The notes beneath the pieces were generated by a model, which had not been told where the DNA came from, ran no database searches, and saw nothing but the letters and a program-made list of their open reading frames with translations. The position numbers were made by a program, and so were the translations under genes. Below are positions 8,564 through 17,956 of a DNA stretch of 64,000 nt, in pieces (within the stretch, counting starts at the first letter, position 1; every line of letters starts with the position of its first letter). Origin of the DNA: a virus; IMG/VR virus record IMGVR_UViG_3300044635_002180, positions 1 through 64,000 of that record; one strand, 5' to 3'.

Positions 8564-9130
8564 TTAAAACCATTCAATGTGACCATCAAGATAATGGATT
8601 GCAGTTTCTTTTTGTCCCTTCTTAAAGAATCCAGATGGTTCCTTTTTGGAAGGATGTTCATCATATACTTGCGGTTCTTCTGTGCCTTTATCATCCCATG
8701 GCTCATACCATCGATTACCGCAGCATTCACAATCTCGTCCAGATGCAACACCATGAAAGTAAAGACCAATGTCTTCAGCACGACTCATTGCATGCTTAAG
8801 ATCATGTGCTTCAATGATCGCATAATGAGTAATACCAGATCGCTTATCGTAATCAAATGAACCACCAGAATTGTTTTGACCGAATGTATAAAATTTACCT
8901 TTCACTTGCTGTTTGGTTTGGTTGAAGATTTTATTGAATTCCTCTTTCATGGTGCTGAATTTGTTGAGAGGGTGGTCATCAGACCATTCGCCAACGTCTA
9001 CGCTTTGCATATCCATCACATAAGGTGCAATGCAACGGTTGGGATACTTTTGATTTTCGATGATGTCTTTGATATCATCTCCGACTGCATCATGGTCAGT
9101 AATGAGTAGTGTTAATTTGTATGCTTTCAT
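8564..9130 (-). CDS. two-domain hypothetical protein; C-terminal DUF7296-like domain (QNNSGG...DCECCGNRW)
   Basis: Motifs recognised from phage proteins. Confidence 0.65.
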   Translation of the reverse strand: MKAYKLTLLITDHDAVGDDIKDIIENQKYPNRCIAPYVMDMQSVDVGEWSDDHPLNKFSTMKEEFNKIFNQTKQQVKGKFYTFGQNNSGGSFDYDKRSGITHYAIIEAHDLKHAMSRAEDIGLYFHGVASGRDCECCGNRWYEPWDDKGTEEPQVYDEHPSKKEPSGFFKKGQKETAIHYLDGHIEWF

Positions 9131-9139
9131 TTTTACTCT

Positions 9140-10303
9140 TTAATTATATTCTCTTTCCTTTGACTCTGCAACTTCAAAATCATCTTTGGTGAGACTCTGC
9201 AGTACATGATCGCTAAGTTTAAATGCATCCATATTGAGATCCATGTACTTGAATGCATACTTCATTACATCCGTTACACGATAATACTGCTGCAAGTAAA
9301 GTGCAAACTCCTTGCGAGTATCTTTTGGAGCATTGTATACAACTTTGTCAACCTTTGTAACAATTTGACTCACCTTGTTGTCAATCATCCATTTGTAACG
9401 ATCAAACTCAGGCAAAAGTTCTTCTGGAAGAGCTTTGCGAATTTCTTCATCCTCATTTAATTGCACAGCTTCAAGCACACGCTTGAAAGTAAACTGAGCA
9501 ATGATGCGATGCAAACGCATGTAATCTTCAGACTTAAATTTAAAGATGGAGCCATCAGAAAAGTGCACCACAAAGCCTTCAAATTCAGTTCCCTTGGTAG
9601 CATTGAGCCAAGCAACCATTTCTTCTTTTGTATTGAACCTATAGTTGTTTACATAATGAGGCCAAGTAGGAACTGCATTACTACCATAGAAGCATTCACC
9701 GGAATGAATGTTGCGCATACCAATGAGCATCAAGAGGTTTTTATCATACTTGACAACAATGCGACAAATGTCATCAATGATTTCAAACAAATAAGTGTAG
9801 CTTGTATTTAAAACCATCGAGGTCAATGGTTCATCTTTCATAGCATCATCAAATAGTCTCTGACCCACAATACCAATGTCAGAGTTGAGGGAGCCGCGAG
9901 TAGTCAAATGCCACTTACCATGCCAGAAGAAACAAATACCAAGAGAGCCATCAGCCTTTTCAAATACTTTGTCAATGGTTGCACCTTGGGATGGGTAATG
10001 AATATTACCTTCACCATAGTTGAAGAACTTGGAGAAAGGAAGAGCTACAATCTTGTAGTCATTAGTGGCATCAAAGATGATGCCACGGCAGTGCTGCACC
10101 AGAGGATCCCAAGGAACAGAGTTATGCTCGTATTGATAGGTCTTGGAGTAAGTAACAAGCTTGAGACCTTCGCGCTTGCCCTGACCGATGTTGACTACAA
10201 GTTCATTTTTTTCGATGTGATGTTGTAGGGCATTCCATAGCTTCAACCCATCAATTGAATTAGTTTCGTAGTTCCAAAAATGTTGTGCGAGATAGTTACT
10301 CAT
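9140..10303 (-). CDS. rnlA: RNA ligase 1 (T4 RnlA family)
   Basis: CRGIIFD, PFSKFFN, motif I EKADGSL, TRGS, TYLFE, motif IV EGFVV, K.KS..Y; start at MSNYL. Confidence 0.88.
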   Translation of the reverse strand: MSNYLAQHFWNYETNSIDGLKLWNALQHHIEKNELVVNIGQGKREGLKLVTYSKTYQYEHNSVPWDPLVQHCRGIIFDATNDYKIVALPFSKFFNYGEGNIHYPSQGATIDKVFEKADGSLGICFFWHGKWHLTTRGSLNSDIGIVGQRLFDDAMKDEPLTSMVLNTSYTYLFEIIDDICRIVVKYDKNLLMLIGMRNIHSGECFYGSNAVPTWPHYVNNYRFNTKEEMVAWLNATKGTEFEGFVVHFSDGSIFKFKSEDYMRLHRIIAQFTFKRVLEAVQLNEDEEIRKALPEELLPEFDRYKWMIDNKVSQIVTKVDKVVYNAPKDTRKEFALYLQQYYRVTDVMKYAFKYMDLNMDAFKLSDHVLQSLTKDDFEVAESKEREYN

Positions 10304-10589
10304 TGTTGTAATTTCTAAATAATTTAAATGGTACAAGTGTTTCTTCGTGTACGTCCCAATCATCAACCCAATCCCAATTATCAGATGCAATAACAATGGT
10401 ATCATCTTTTGATGTACCATCTGTTCTGTATGGTGCATTATCTAAATGAATCATCAATGTCTCATCATCTGTAATATGAAAATCTTTGCAAATGCACACC
10501 ATGTAAGGTACGGTGTCCGTTGATCTATTTACTGCAACAATTTTGCGAGTGTCTTCAAGTTTTTCAGTGTCATCAATTGTGTGTTGCAT
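10296..10589 (-). CDS. hypothetical protein
   Basis: ORF overlapping the RNA ligase start. Confidence 0.6.
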   Translation of the reverse strand: MQHTIDDTEKLEDTRKIVAVNRSTDTVPYMVCICKDFHITDDETLMIHLDNAPYRTDGTSKDDTIVIASDNWDWVDDWDVHEETLVPFKLFRNYNNE

Positions 10590-10593
10590 ATAA

Positions 10594-10902
10594 TTAAATT
10601 GTATCTTTGCTTTGCATCTTTTTCATCTGCATCTTTGCATACAAGTCTAATATGGTGTGTAGTTCAATGCTACTTCCAGCATACTCTGTTGCAAGAACAA
10701 TGTATAGATTGGCTTTCAATGACCCATCTGGCATGGCCTCAATGATTCGCTTCAGCTCTTCAATGTTAGACACCTGCTGCACCTGCTCAATTGGCTGCGG
10801 CTGAATACTGTGAGATGTTTTGAAATAAGCAGCTGCACATATGCTCATTGCAAATGCAGTGCAAAGAATCACAGAATGCCAGTTATTAGAAAAGATTTTC
10901 AT
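10594..10902 (-). CDS. membrane-anchored hypothetical protein
   Basis: N-terminal hydrophobic helix; TTGATT-17-TATAAT promoter (10909-10937) 6 nt before ATG. Confidence 0.65.
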   Translation of the reverse strand: MKIFSNNWHSVILCTAFAMSICAAAYFKTSHSIQPQPIEQVQQVSNIEELKRIIEAMPDGSLKANLYIVLATEYAGSSIELHTILDLYAKMQMKKMQSKDTI

Positions 10903-10937
10903 GTGAACATTATACAATGGCTTGTTAACCAAATCAA

Positions 10938-11210
10938 CTATTCTTTGTAATCTTCTGCACCTGGCTTCCATTGTTCATAAACAAGTGAAATGCTCATGAG
11001 TTCTCGAACAATCAGTGGAATTACTGGTGCAGTATAAGTTGCAAACGCCATGGCACTTGCAGAATAATCTGCGCTTTCAGGAGTTTCTTTGATGTGCTCT
11101 TGAAGCAGTTCACATCTTTCTTTTAAAGATTGAAGATAGTGCAGTGCATTAGCTGCATGACTATCTCTTGCTCGTAGAAACTTTTCATAATGCTTTTGCT
11201 TAGTTGTCAT
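10938..11210 (-). CDS. hypothetical protein
   Basis: ORF in operon context. Confidence 0.6.
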   Translation of the reverse strand: MTTKQKHYEKFLRARDSHAANALHYLQSLKERCELLQEHIKETPESADYSASAMAFATYTAPVIPLIVRELMSISLVYEQWKPGAEDYKE

Positions 11211-11215
11211 GACTG

Positions 11216-12316
11216 TTAATTTTCATAGTCGCGAATTGCTGTTACAAACGGGAATCGGGGAATATTGTCTGGTGTTAAGTTGAAGTACTTAACTGTAGCT
11301 TGTTTACCAATGAGATCAACTTTTTCTTTGAGAAGTTGTGCACAGTATTCACGAGAGCCTTTGATGTTGCTGTTGAATCTAACACCCTGTTCATTTGCAA
11401 ATGTCATGGCTCCAGCACCTCCAGCACGATTGCCTTCACCTTCAATGACATCAAGAATAATATACTCCTTGTCTTCAAATTCTTTGCGCTTCAAGAGACT
11501 CTTGCTGCGCTTGTTCTCATATGGTTTATCCAGACGAACCATTTGACCTTCATACCCTTCATTGATGTACTTGCCATATAGTTCATCCAAGTAATACCGC
11601 TGCTGCACAAACATAGTTGGAACTTCTTGAATGCACCCCCCAACTCTGTCAATAACATCTTGCACAATGTGATAGAAGCGCTTGCCAAAGGTTTTGCCTG
11701 TATCAGCTGCATCATAAATCCAATACTGAATGCTAGCTGCAGAGTCAGCTAAATCTTGTGCTGTTGGCTTGGTTTTCTTGACTAAAGAACAAATGGCATT
11801 GAAATCATTGCTAAACTTATCACAGTACAATTCACCATCTAAAACCAAATCTGGATTGGATGCAAAGATGCATTCCAGTGCTTGCTCAATGTGTGGCACG
11901 CTTGCAAACTTCTTACCATTGCGGCTCCACAAGCCATCCTTGCGCGCAATGCATCTGATGCCATCTAGCTTAGGTTGTGAGTAAACAGGCAATGTAATCT
12001 TTTGTGCATAGTCTTCATACTTCTTGGCCAGCATAGGCTCGGTGAACAGTGCAATGTCAATGTCTGCAACATCCTCAAAGCAGCCGCTATCTTTCTTTTT
12101 CTTCCATAGAGCCTGTGCATCTTTGAGCGCTTGTTCTGCTGCAGTTGTGGCATTGGCTTTGCCTTCATTTTTGGGCTTGCAATGAGTGAGTTCAGTAGTT
12201 TGCTGCTTGCCATCAATTTGACCAAAGTGAGTGCGATAAGAATCATCTTCGATTTCAATGGTCCATTGCTGAACAGCACCAGTTGAGGTGCGAGAATAGA
12301 GTGTAGGTAATTTCAT
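11216..12316 (-). CDS. ATP-dependent DNA ligase with an N-terminal WGR-like domain
   Basis: PMLA, QPKLDGIRC, SRNGK, LDGELY, EGQMVR, KRS..LLK.K, OB-fold ..PRFP. Confidence 0.92.
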   Translation of the reverse strand: MKLPTLYSRTSTGAVQQWTIEIEDDSYRTHFGQIDGKQQTTELTHCKPKNEGKANATTAAEQALKDAQALWKKKKDSGCFEDVADIDIALFTEPMLAKKYEDYAQKITLPVYSQPKLDGIRCIARKDGLWSRNGKKFASVPHIEQALECIFASNPDLVLDGELYCDKFSNDFNAICSLVKKTKPTAQDLADSAASIQYWIYDAADTGKTFGKRFYHIVQDVIDRVGGCIQEVPTMFVQQRYYLDELYGKYINEGYEGQMVRLDKPYENKRSKSLLKRKEFEDKEYIILDVIEGEGNRAGGAGAMTFANEQGVRFNSNIKGSREYCAQLLKEKVDLIGKQATVKYFNLTPDNIPRFPFVTAIRDYEN

Positions 12317-12317
12317 A

Positions 12318-12635
12318 TTATTCTGCTTGGTAAACGTCATATGCAGTTGCTTCGTCTTCAGTGACTTCTTTGAAGTGTTCAACTTCAATCTCGTCAGGAA
12401 GTTCAATCTCCCAGTCGTAGTCTTTGACGTTCTGAAAAACTGCAGCTTTTGCAGTTTTTTGTGCATTCTTCCAGTTAATTGGTTTATCAGCTGCAACACG
12501 TATATTGACAAATGCAAGTTGCTTGCGACTCACTTCAATCTCGTAGTAGCGATATTGAGGCGCTTCATCTTTGATAGTATCTACTGTTTCATATACTCTG
12601 TCTGGTTCAGTATGTTCTAGTTTGAAGTCTTGCAT
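12318..12635 (-). CDS. hypothetical protein
   Basis: ORF coupled between the NTase and ligase genes. Confidence 0.6.
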   Translation of the reverse strand: MQDFKLEHTEPDRVYETVDTIKDEAPQYRYYEIEVSRKQLAFVNIRVAADKPINWKNAQKTAKAAVFQNVKDYDWEIELPDEIEVEHFKEVTEDEATAYDVYQAE

Positions 12636-12636
12636 A

Positions 12637-13704
12637 TTATTGATTGGTGAATTGCCTGTGGGCATCTACTACGAGATTGATTATATCCTCTGAACTCATC
12701 TCGAGCAACTTGTATTTGCCGAGTTCTCTAACTTTGTTCATGATTTGCCCAACTAGCTTACCATCCTTCTCGGTGAGATCAAGCCACTCCATGACAAGCT
12801 TGCCATTTACTTTAGCGGCGACAATTTTGTCAATCTCATACAGCAAACGATAATTGCTAATGGCATTTTGCAAATGTTTGTATTTGCATTGCATCATCAA
12901 GCTATATTCATGCTTGCTCTTGAAAGTAAAACCAGCAGGCCTCCAATACTGATCATTTACATACTCAATGAAACGCATATACATTCCACGCTTGCGATTG
13001 CGAGCACGATTGGTATGATTGAGATTTTCCAACTGAAACAAATCTGGATGAAAGCATTTGCTATTAACAACAAATTCAAAAGCATCTTGTTCAGTATCAA
13101 AGCCTCTTTGCCAACTCAAATAATCAAAGCCACCAATCTCACAAATTTCAATCATATTGTTTGTGAGAATGACTTTTTCGTAAATGTGATCACTATCACT
13201 CCATTGAAGATTGTTGTCAAACAATCCTTGACGAATCCAGAATGAAAGACCAGAATGACCAAAGTGTAATCCCATTTTATGAAAGACTCTACCCATGATG
13301 TTGCCAAGATCTCCCCAAGAAGAGTAATCAATAGCCATGTTGAAGTCATGCATGGGGTGAAAGGTTACATCCACCTGAAAGCCTTTGTATGGGAAAGAAT
13401 AGACATTGCTGTTCTTGAATGGTTTATAACCGAACTCTTTTTCTAGATAAATGCCAAAATCATTTTCATTTTTCCAGTGCATAGAAATAACTGGATCTTC
13501 AAAACGACCAATGATGATATCTAAATCTCCATGAGTCTCCTTATCTCTAATAGATGGAGCTACATTAGCCCACAGTCGGGTAGGTCTATTGACCTTGCAA
13601 TCAGTTTTGAACTTAGAGATTAGTTCATTTTTAATCCAGTTATACTCCTCTGTAGGAATACGCTTTTCTGGAAGATTCCAAGTTTTAAGTAGATTGCCGC
13701 CCAT
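12637..13704 (-). CDS. Pol-beta superfamily nucleotidyltransferase (MGGN-type, large-phage family)
   Basis: MGGN start, KETHGDLDII (G-D-x-D), third Asp in FQVDV; C-terminal NGKLVM...G..VG.IM. Confidence 0.75.
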   Translation of the reverse strand: MGGNLLKTWNLPEKRIPTEEYNWIKNELISKFKTDCKVNRPTRLWANVAPSIRDKETHGDLDIIIGRFEDPVISMHWKNENDFGIYLEKEFGYKPFKNSNVYSFPYKGFQVDVTFHPMHDFNMAIDYSSWGDLGNIMGRVFHKMGLHFGHSGLSFWIRQGLFDNNLQWSDSDHIYEKVILTNNMIEICEIGGFDYLSWQRGFDTEQDAFEFVVNSKCFHPDLFQLENLNHTNRARNRKRGMYMRFIEYVNDQYWRPAGFTFKSKHEYSLMMQCKYKHLQNAISNYRLLYEIDKIVAAKVNGKLVMEWLDLTEKDGKLVGQIMNKVRELGKYKLLEMSSEDIINLVVDAHRQFTNQ

Positions 13705-13924
13705 GTTATAGAATAGAGAGGATTAAAAGAATAGCAAATGAAATGGATGTAACAAGTGCTGCTTTGCAACCTTTAGCATAGCAACTGTTGTGTAACTGAG
13801 ACATAGTCATAATACAAGGGAATTACATTGTTGTAGTACAGCTCAAAAATTGAAAACGCCACCAATAAAAGCAAAATGCCAAATGTATTGTAGATCAAAA
13901 TTTTTAAGATTTCATTAGCTGTTG

Positions 13925-14140
13925 CTATGTACATGATTGTTGTAATTTTTTGTATTCCTGTTCTGTAAGCAAGTCTTCAGAATTATGTTGTTCAAATGCA
14001 GTTTGATCAATGATAGCATCATTGAAGTAGCATTGCCACTGTTTAATTGTTTTTCTTTTGCGAAAAACATCATCGTAATTGCTCCAGTATGCGTCAAGGT
14101 TTGCACCAGCACGTAGTTTATCTCCTTTGCCTGCTGACAT
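13925..14140 (-). CDS. hypothetical protein (GKGD.R....Y..NYD motif)
   Basis: Small conserved-looking phage ORF. Confidence 0.6.
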   Translation of the reverse strand: MSAGKGDKLRAGANLDAYWSNYDDVFRKRKTIKQWQCYFNDAIIDQTAFEQHNSEDLLTEQEYKKLQQSCT

Positions 14141-14141
14141 A

Positions 14142-14711
14142 TTATTTAAAAAGTATTAAGCCGTTGTTGTTGAAATTGATGACACTCTTGTTGTCTGCCA
14201 CAGTATTTTCACTGCAAAAATCTTGCTTTACATTTTCATAGAGCGTTTGAACATCATATGAAATGTTGGCTCTCATGAGCCGAGCAAACAAATAGTTTTG
14301 CTCATGAACAGCATGCTCATCAACCACTGAAGTATACATGCTGGAAGGCAAACAAAATCGCGCCTCACCATCTTCAGAGATAAACATGCTGGTTGAAAAA
14401 CCTTTGAGTTGATGATGACTCGCAAAAGTTCCAGCATAGCACCAAATGAAAACATTATTAGTTTTTTTAGCAAGAGCTTCAACGTTTTTTGAACTAATGA
14501 TGAATGGATCATGGGATCTAAAATTGTTGCTGAACAATCCTTGTGAACTGCCATGTCCGAGCATAATCACCTGATCATGCGCATCAATGAGCTCATTCAT
14601 CAATTCATAATGAAGCGCTGTACGAACAATGGTTGCATCTGGAAGATGCGAATAAATGGGGCACAAAAAATCTGTGCTGCTATCTTTCACATGTATAATT
14701 AATCTTTGCAT
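14142..14711 (-). CDS. hypothetical protein with a His-Gly/Cys dyad pattern (possible clan CD protease fold)
   Basis: VIMLGHGS...VFIWCYA; leaderless promoter TTGATT-17-TAACAT (14718-14746). Confidence 0.55.
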   Translation of the reverse strand: MQRLIIHVKDSSTDFLCPIYSHLPDATIVRTALHYELMNELIDAHDQVIMLGHGSSQGLFSNNFRSHDPFIISSKNVEALAKKTNNVFIWCYAGTFASHHQLKGFSTSMFISEDGEARFCLPSSMYTSVVDEHAVHEQNYLFARLMRANISYDVQTLYENVKQDFCSENTVADNKSVINFNNNGLILFK

Positions 14712-14911
14712 AAAGCAATGTTATGATGGTATTTGCAGTAAATCAACTGCAAATCTAAAAATTTTTATCAACAATGTCGTCAATGTTGGAGATGCGCCGT
14801 TCTACAAATTTACACAATTGTAGCACGCGCAATGAGATGATATAAATTGCATCATACAGCAATTCCCAGAAAAATCCCATTGCATAGCAATACACCAACA
14901 AACACAATTTG

Positions 14912-15175
14912 CTAATATTCATCTTTGTCCCAATCGCTGATTTCTTCTTCTTGAGACTCTTCATATTCAGCTAGCACATCTTCTAGCCAATCATCAATAT
15001 TTGCCTCAACAATTTTTTCAACCTCATTGATTTGATGCTCTGACAAACCAGCTTCATCGTAGCTGTAATTGCTGTCATACTCATCGCAGCGAGCCGCTGG
15101 TCCCTCCACGCTAAACATCACATCAATGGGTGTTGAATCACTTAGTGTAACAATGTAATTTTTTTCTAGTAACAT
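14912..15175 (-). CDS. acidic hypothetical protein
   Basis: 87-aa, strongly acidic ORF. Confidence 0.6.
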   Translation of the reverse strand: MLLEKNYIVTLSDSTPIDVMFSVEGPAARCDEYDSNYSYDEAGLSEHQINEVEKIVEANIDDWLEDVLAEYEESQEEEISDWDKDEY

Positions 15176-15197
15176 ATTTTAATCAATTATATTCAAA

Positions 15198-16154
15198 TCA
15201 AGCAAATGCAACTACATTTTGCATTTTAATTGCAACTTTCCACACTGCATTTTCGCCGCGGCCAAACTTCTCAAGCTTGCCTTCTTTCACCAGCAGCCAC
15301 AGCAAATATGTGGCTCGTTGAGCATCAATGTGGAGTTCATTGCACACTCGCTGCACATTGATGTGTGGTGGTTCATCCATGGACATAACAGCCTGCATTT
15401 GCTCAATGCGTGCATTGCTGCGTGCACCATTTTTTGCAGGCTGTTCATCTTCTTGAAGCATCTCCACTTGTTTGTGAAAATCATATCCAGCAGCGCCAAA
15501 GTAGTATTCATAAGATGCAGCACATCCCATGCGGTTTTTAGTAAAATCAATGATGCGCACATCTGGCCTCTCTTCATCACGCAAAATGCTGATGTTGATA
15601 TCCACAGCATGCTGCACCGTTGTGCTGCCCTTGTATGTACCGCTCTTTGTAACGTGCAGAATAATTCCCACTGCACATTTGCTGCTGTTGGCCACTTTGA
15701 TGATTTCAATGAGCTTTTTCTCCTCACGCTCAGTGCGACTCAACTCCTCAGCATCATCCAAGTCGTAGATGATGCTTGGATAACTATCCACAATGACCAA
15801 TTCATTGTTGGCAATTGTATTGAGAATTTTGCTGAGACGATTTTCCATGGCAATGGCAACATCTCCTGAATTGATGCGGCGAGCTCGCATTGCAACCATG
15901 TAGATGTTTTCTTCACCACTCAAGAGAGCAACTTCATGATTGGCTTCAGCATACAACTGACACAGCTGCAGCAGCAATGTGCTTTTGCCCGTGCCTGGTG
16001 CAGCATCAACTGTAAATGTGCTGCCAGGAAGAATACCATCTCCAAACATAACATCAATGCTTTCAATGCCTGTTTTGAGGCGGTTGAAATAGATGTCAGG
16101 GATTTCAATTTCGTTTGCGCGCTTGAGTGTGGTGTAGTTGTGATTAAGAATCAT
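15198..16154 (-). CDS. RadA/Sms-like ATPase with a C-terminal winged helix
   Basis: TGIESID..FG.G, Walker A APGTGKST, SGEE, Walker B VIVDS, HVTKSG..KG...H.VD, KNRMG; start at MILNH. Confidence 0.85.
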   Translation of the reverse strand: MILNHNYTTLKRANEIEIPDIYFNRLKTGIESIDVMFGDGILPGSTFTVDAAPGTGKSTLLLQLCQLYAEANHEVALLSGEENIYMVAMRARRINSGDVAIAMENRLSKILNTIANNELVIVDSYPSIIYDLDDAEELSRTEREEKKLIEIIKVANSSKCAVGIILHVTKSGTYKGSTTVQHAVDINISILRDEERPDVRIIDFTKNRMGCAASYEYYFGAAGYDFHKQVEMLQEDEQPAKNGARSNARIEQMQAVMSMDEPPHINVQRVCNELHIDAQRATYLLWLLVKEGKLEKFGRGENAVWKVAIKMQNVVAFA

Positions 16155-16160
16155 GCATGC

Positions 16161-16189
16161 ATCATAACATCTTTTTAGAGTACCTGCAA
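16161..16189 (-). promoter_or_regulatory. sigma70-type promoter TTGCAG-17-(TG.)TATGAT, 6 nt before ATG
   Basis: Read directly. Confidence 0.7.
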
Positions 16190-16250
16190 CTACATTTTTA
16201 TTAAGTTTATCAGTTGACTTGTAATGCAAAAGAGCGTATTAAATAGAGAG

Positions 16251-16976
16251 ATGAAAAACATCTCTGACAACAACACAATCTATAACCTATATACTGAAAT
16301 GGCCTTTGGCATTGCATCAAATCCTCAAAATCAGCACACCATCACTCGCGCTGAACTCGTTAATCTCATCAAGCTGCTTGATGCTGGTCGCAACGGTGGC
16401 ACTAATTTCTTCAGCGTTACACAAGTGACGCCAGCTCGCTCCAACAAGATTCCTAACTTTGCACCATTTGTCATGAGCGGCCTCAAACAAGGCAAGACTT
16501 ACCTTGCCAAAGTTGCCCAGGTGAATGGCATTTACAATCAAGATTATCAAGGCAAAGTGAATCAATTGCGAGCTGCAGAAGGCAAGCCGCAGGACTTTGT
16601 GGCTCGTGCAAGCTCTTACAATGCTGTGGAAGGTACTCATGCTTTGGGTGAGAAAAATGGGCAATTGTATTTGCGTCTCAAGCCTCTCTCCAATGCTCGT
16701 GCTTTTGCGCCGCAAATTCTACGCAAAAATAGTGATGCATTTGAAGCAGTCAACAAGGCAGATGTAGAGAATTATCTCATCAAGAGCAACCCTGGTGCAT
16801 ATCAGGGCTTGGAACAGTCAGCAGAGCAGTTTCGCATGCTGAGTCTTGATGGCATTGCTGCCATCAACATCAATGGCAAGGATTATGTGATTTCTGATTT
16901 GGATCAGATGCGCAAAGACATCTGGAAAGCTTCTGGTGCTCCAATGCCCATTGAACAACCACAGCAGCCACAATGA
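16251..16976 (+). CDS. late hypothetical protein (possible virion protein)
   Basis: TAAATA at 16240-16245, 5 nt before ATG. Confidence 0.7.
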   Translation: MKNISDNNTIYNLYTEMAFGIASNPQNQHTITRAELVNLIKLLDAGRNGGTNFFSVTQVTPARSNKIPNFAPFVMSGLKQGKTYLAKVAQVNGIYNQDYQGKVNQLRAAEGKPQDFVARASSYNAVEGTHALGEKNGQLYLRLKPLSNARAFAPQILRKNSDAFEAVNKADVENYLIKSNPGAYQGLEQSAEQFRMLSLDGIAAININGKDYVISDLDQMRKDIWKASGAPMPIEQPQQPQ

Positions 16977-17215
16977 TATCGGCACAACAAGCTGCTGAAA
17001 TATCAGCAAATTATTCACCAGATTTGCCCAATGTTTGGAGCAAGATTAAACATGCTGCAACGCGGGGTTATGATTGCATCACAGTGCATCACCTTGCTGA
17101 GACTGCTCAGCAGGCATTAAAAACTGCTGGGTATACTCTGTATTTTGATGATTGCGACAGAGGCATGAGTTTTTGGGTGGTTTCATGGAAAGATGCAGCT
17201 GCAGAGACTAAATAA
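16973..17215 (+). CDS. hypothetical protein
   Basis: ATGA overlap. Confidence 0.55.
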   Translation: MISAQQAAEISANYSPDLPNVWSKIKHAATRGYDCITVHHLAETAQQALKTAGYTLYFDDCDRGMSFWVVSWKDAAAETK

Positions 17216-17219
17216 TGAT

Positions 17220-17444
17220 ATGAAAGACATTATTACTTCAATCGTTTCTACAAACAAAGGCTGGCTCGTAAGACAAGCACTCAAATATGCTACCATCGGT
17301 GGTGCTGCTTTATCAGCTTGGTTAATCTCAAAAGGAGCAGAAGCATCAAGCGCAGAGCTTATTGTATCTGGTCTTATTACAGCTGCTTCAGGTGGTTTGG
17401 AGCTTGTGCTCTCTAAGCTTGCATCTAAAATTGCTGCTAAGTGA
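17220..17444 (+). CDS. putative holin
   Basis: Small, two hydrophobic helices, basic C-terminus; late promoter at 17209-17214; heads the lysis cassette. Confidence 0.55.
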   Translation: MKDIITSIVSTNKGWLVRQALKYATIGGAALSAWLISKGAEASSAELIVSGLITAASGGLELVLSKLASKIAAK

Positions 17445-17716
17445 TAACCACTTGGTTAGAAATAATTAAAAACCTACTTTTGGCTTTGACGGCATATCTA
17501 AACCTCAAAGCCAAAACTTTTTACATTGATCTCCATGAAAAATCTAACGCAAAACAAGATTCCCTTGTTAAAGAGATTCAAAAGCTTACTGCTAGTCCTA
17601 GCCCTGCTAACATCGCTCTCGTTAGCAGGCTGCAATTGCAATTGCAACAAGAGCGCGCTCGGCTCGCAGATATATCAGCCTACTATCCTAAGAGTTCTAC
17701 CGAACCAAACCCTTAA
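17441..17716 (+). CDS. putative i-spanin (Rz-like)
   Basis: N-terminal hydrophobic segment plus coiled coil; overlapped by a lipoprotein ORF. Confidence 0.55.
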   Translation: MITTWLEIIKNLLLALTAYLNLKAKTFYIDLHEKSNAKQDSLVKEIQKLTASPSPANIALVSRLQLQLQQERARLADISAYYPKSSTEPNP

Positions 17717-17825
17717 AACTTGCGATGGAATTTACACTACACATGGTGGTGATAAATGCGGATATGAAAGACTCTACTCAGAAAAAGAATATCTACGTGT
17801 AGTTGAGCTGCTTAATTATAAATAA
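17535..17825 (+). CDS. putative o-spanin lipoprotein (Rz1-like)
   Basis: Basic N-region, hydrophobic core, lipobox LAGC; starts inside the i-spanin gene in another frame. Confidence 0.6.
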   Translation: MKNLTQNKIPLLKRFKSLLLVLALLTSLSLAGCNCNCNKSALGSQIYQPTILRVLPNQTLKTCDGIYTTHGGDKCGYERLYSEKEYLRVVELLNYK

Positions 17826-17831
17826 TAGATC

Positions 17832-17861
17832 ATGAGCTTCGCGAACGTGGGAAAAGTGTGA
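17832..17861 (+). pseudogene. relic duplicate of the amidase 5' end (MSFANVGKV*)
   Basis: 7/9 aa identical to the amidase start MSFNDVGKV; has its own TATAAATA at 17817-17824. Confidence 0.65.
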
Positions 17862-17956
17862 TTCATAATAACCATAATTATTATTTCTATTTTTAGCTTT
17901 AAATATTAGACTATTATACCACCTTTGATACTTATTTACCATAAATATATTTATTT

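Noticed and set aside
9140-16229. Extended N-termini in the ORF track (RNA ligase 10438, DNA ligase 12517, RadA 16229 and others)
   Set aside because: They overlap upstream genes or promoters; downstream ATGs fit coupling or promoter spacing
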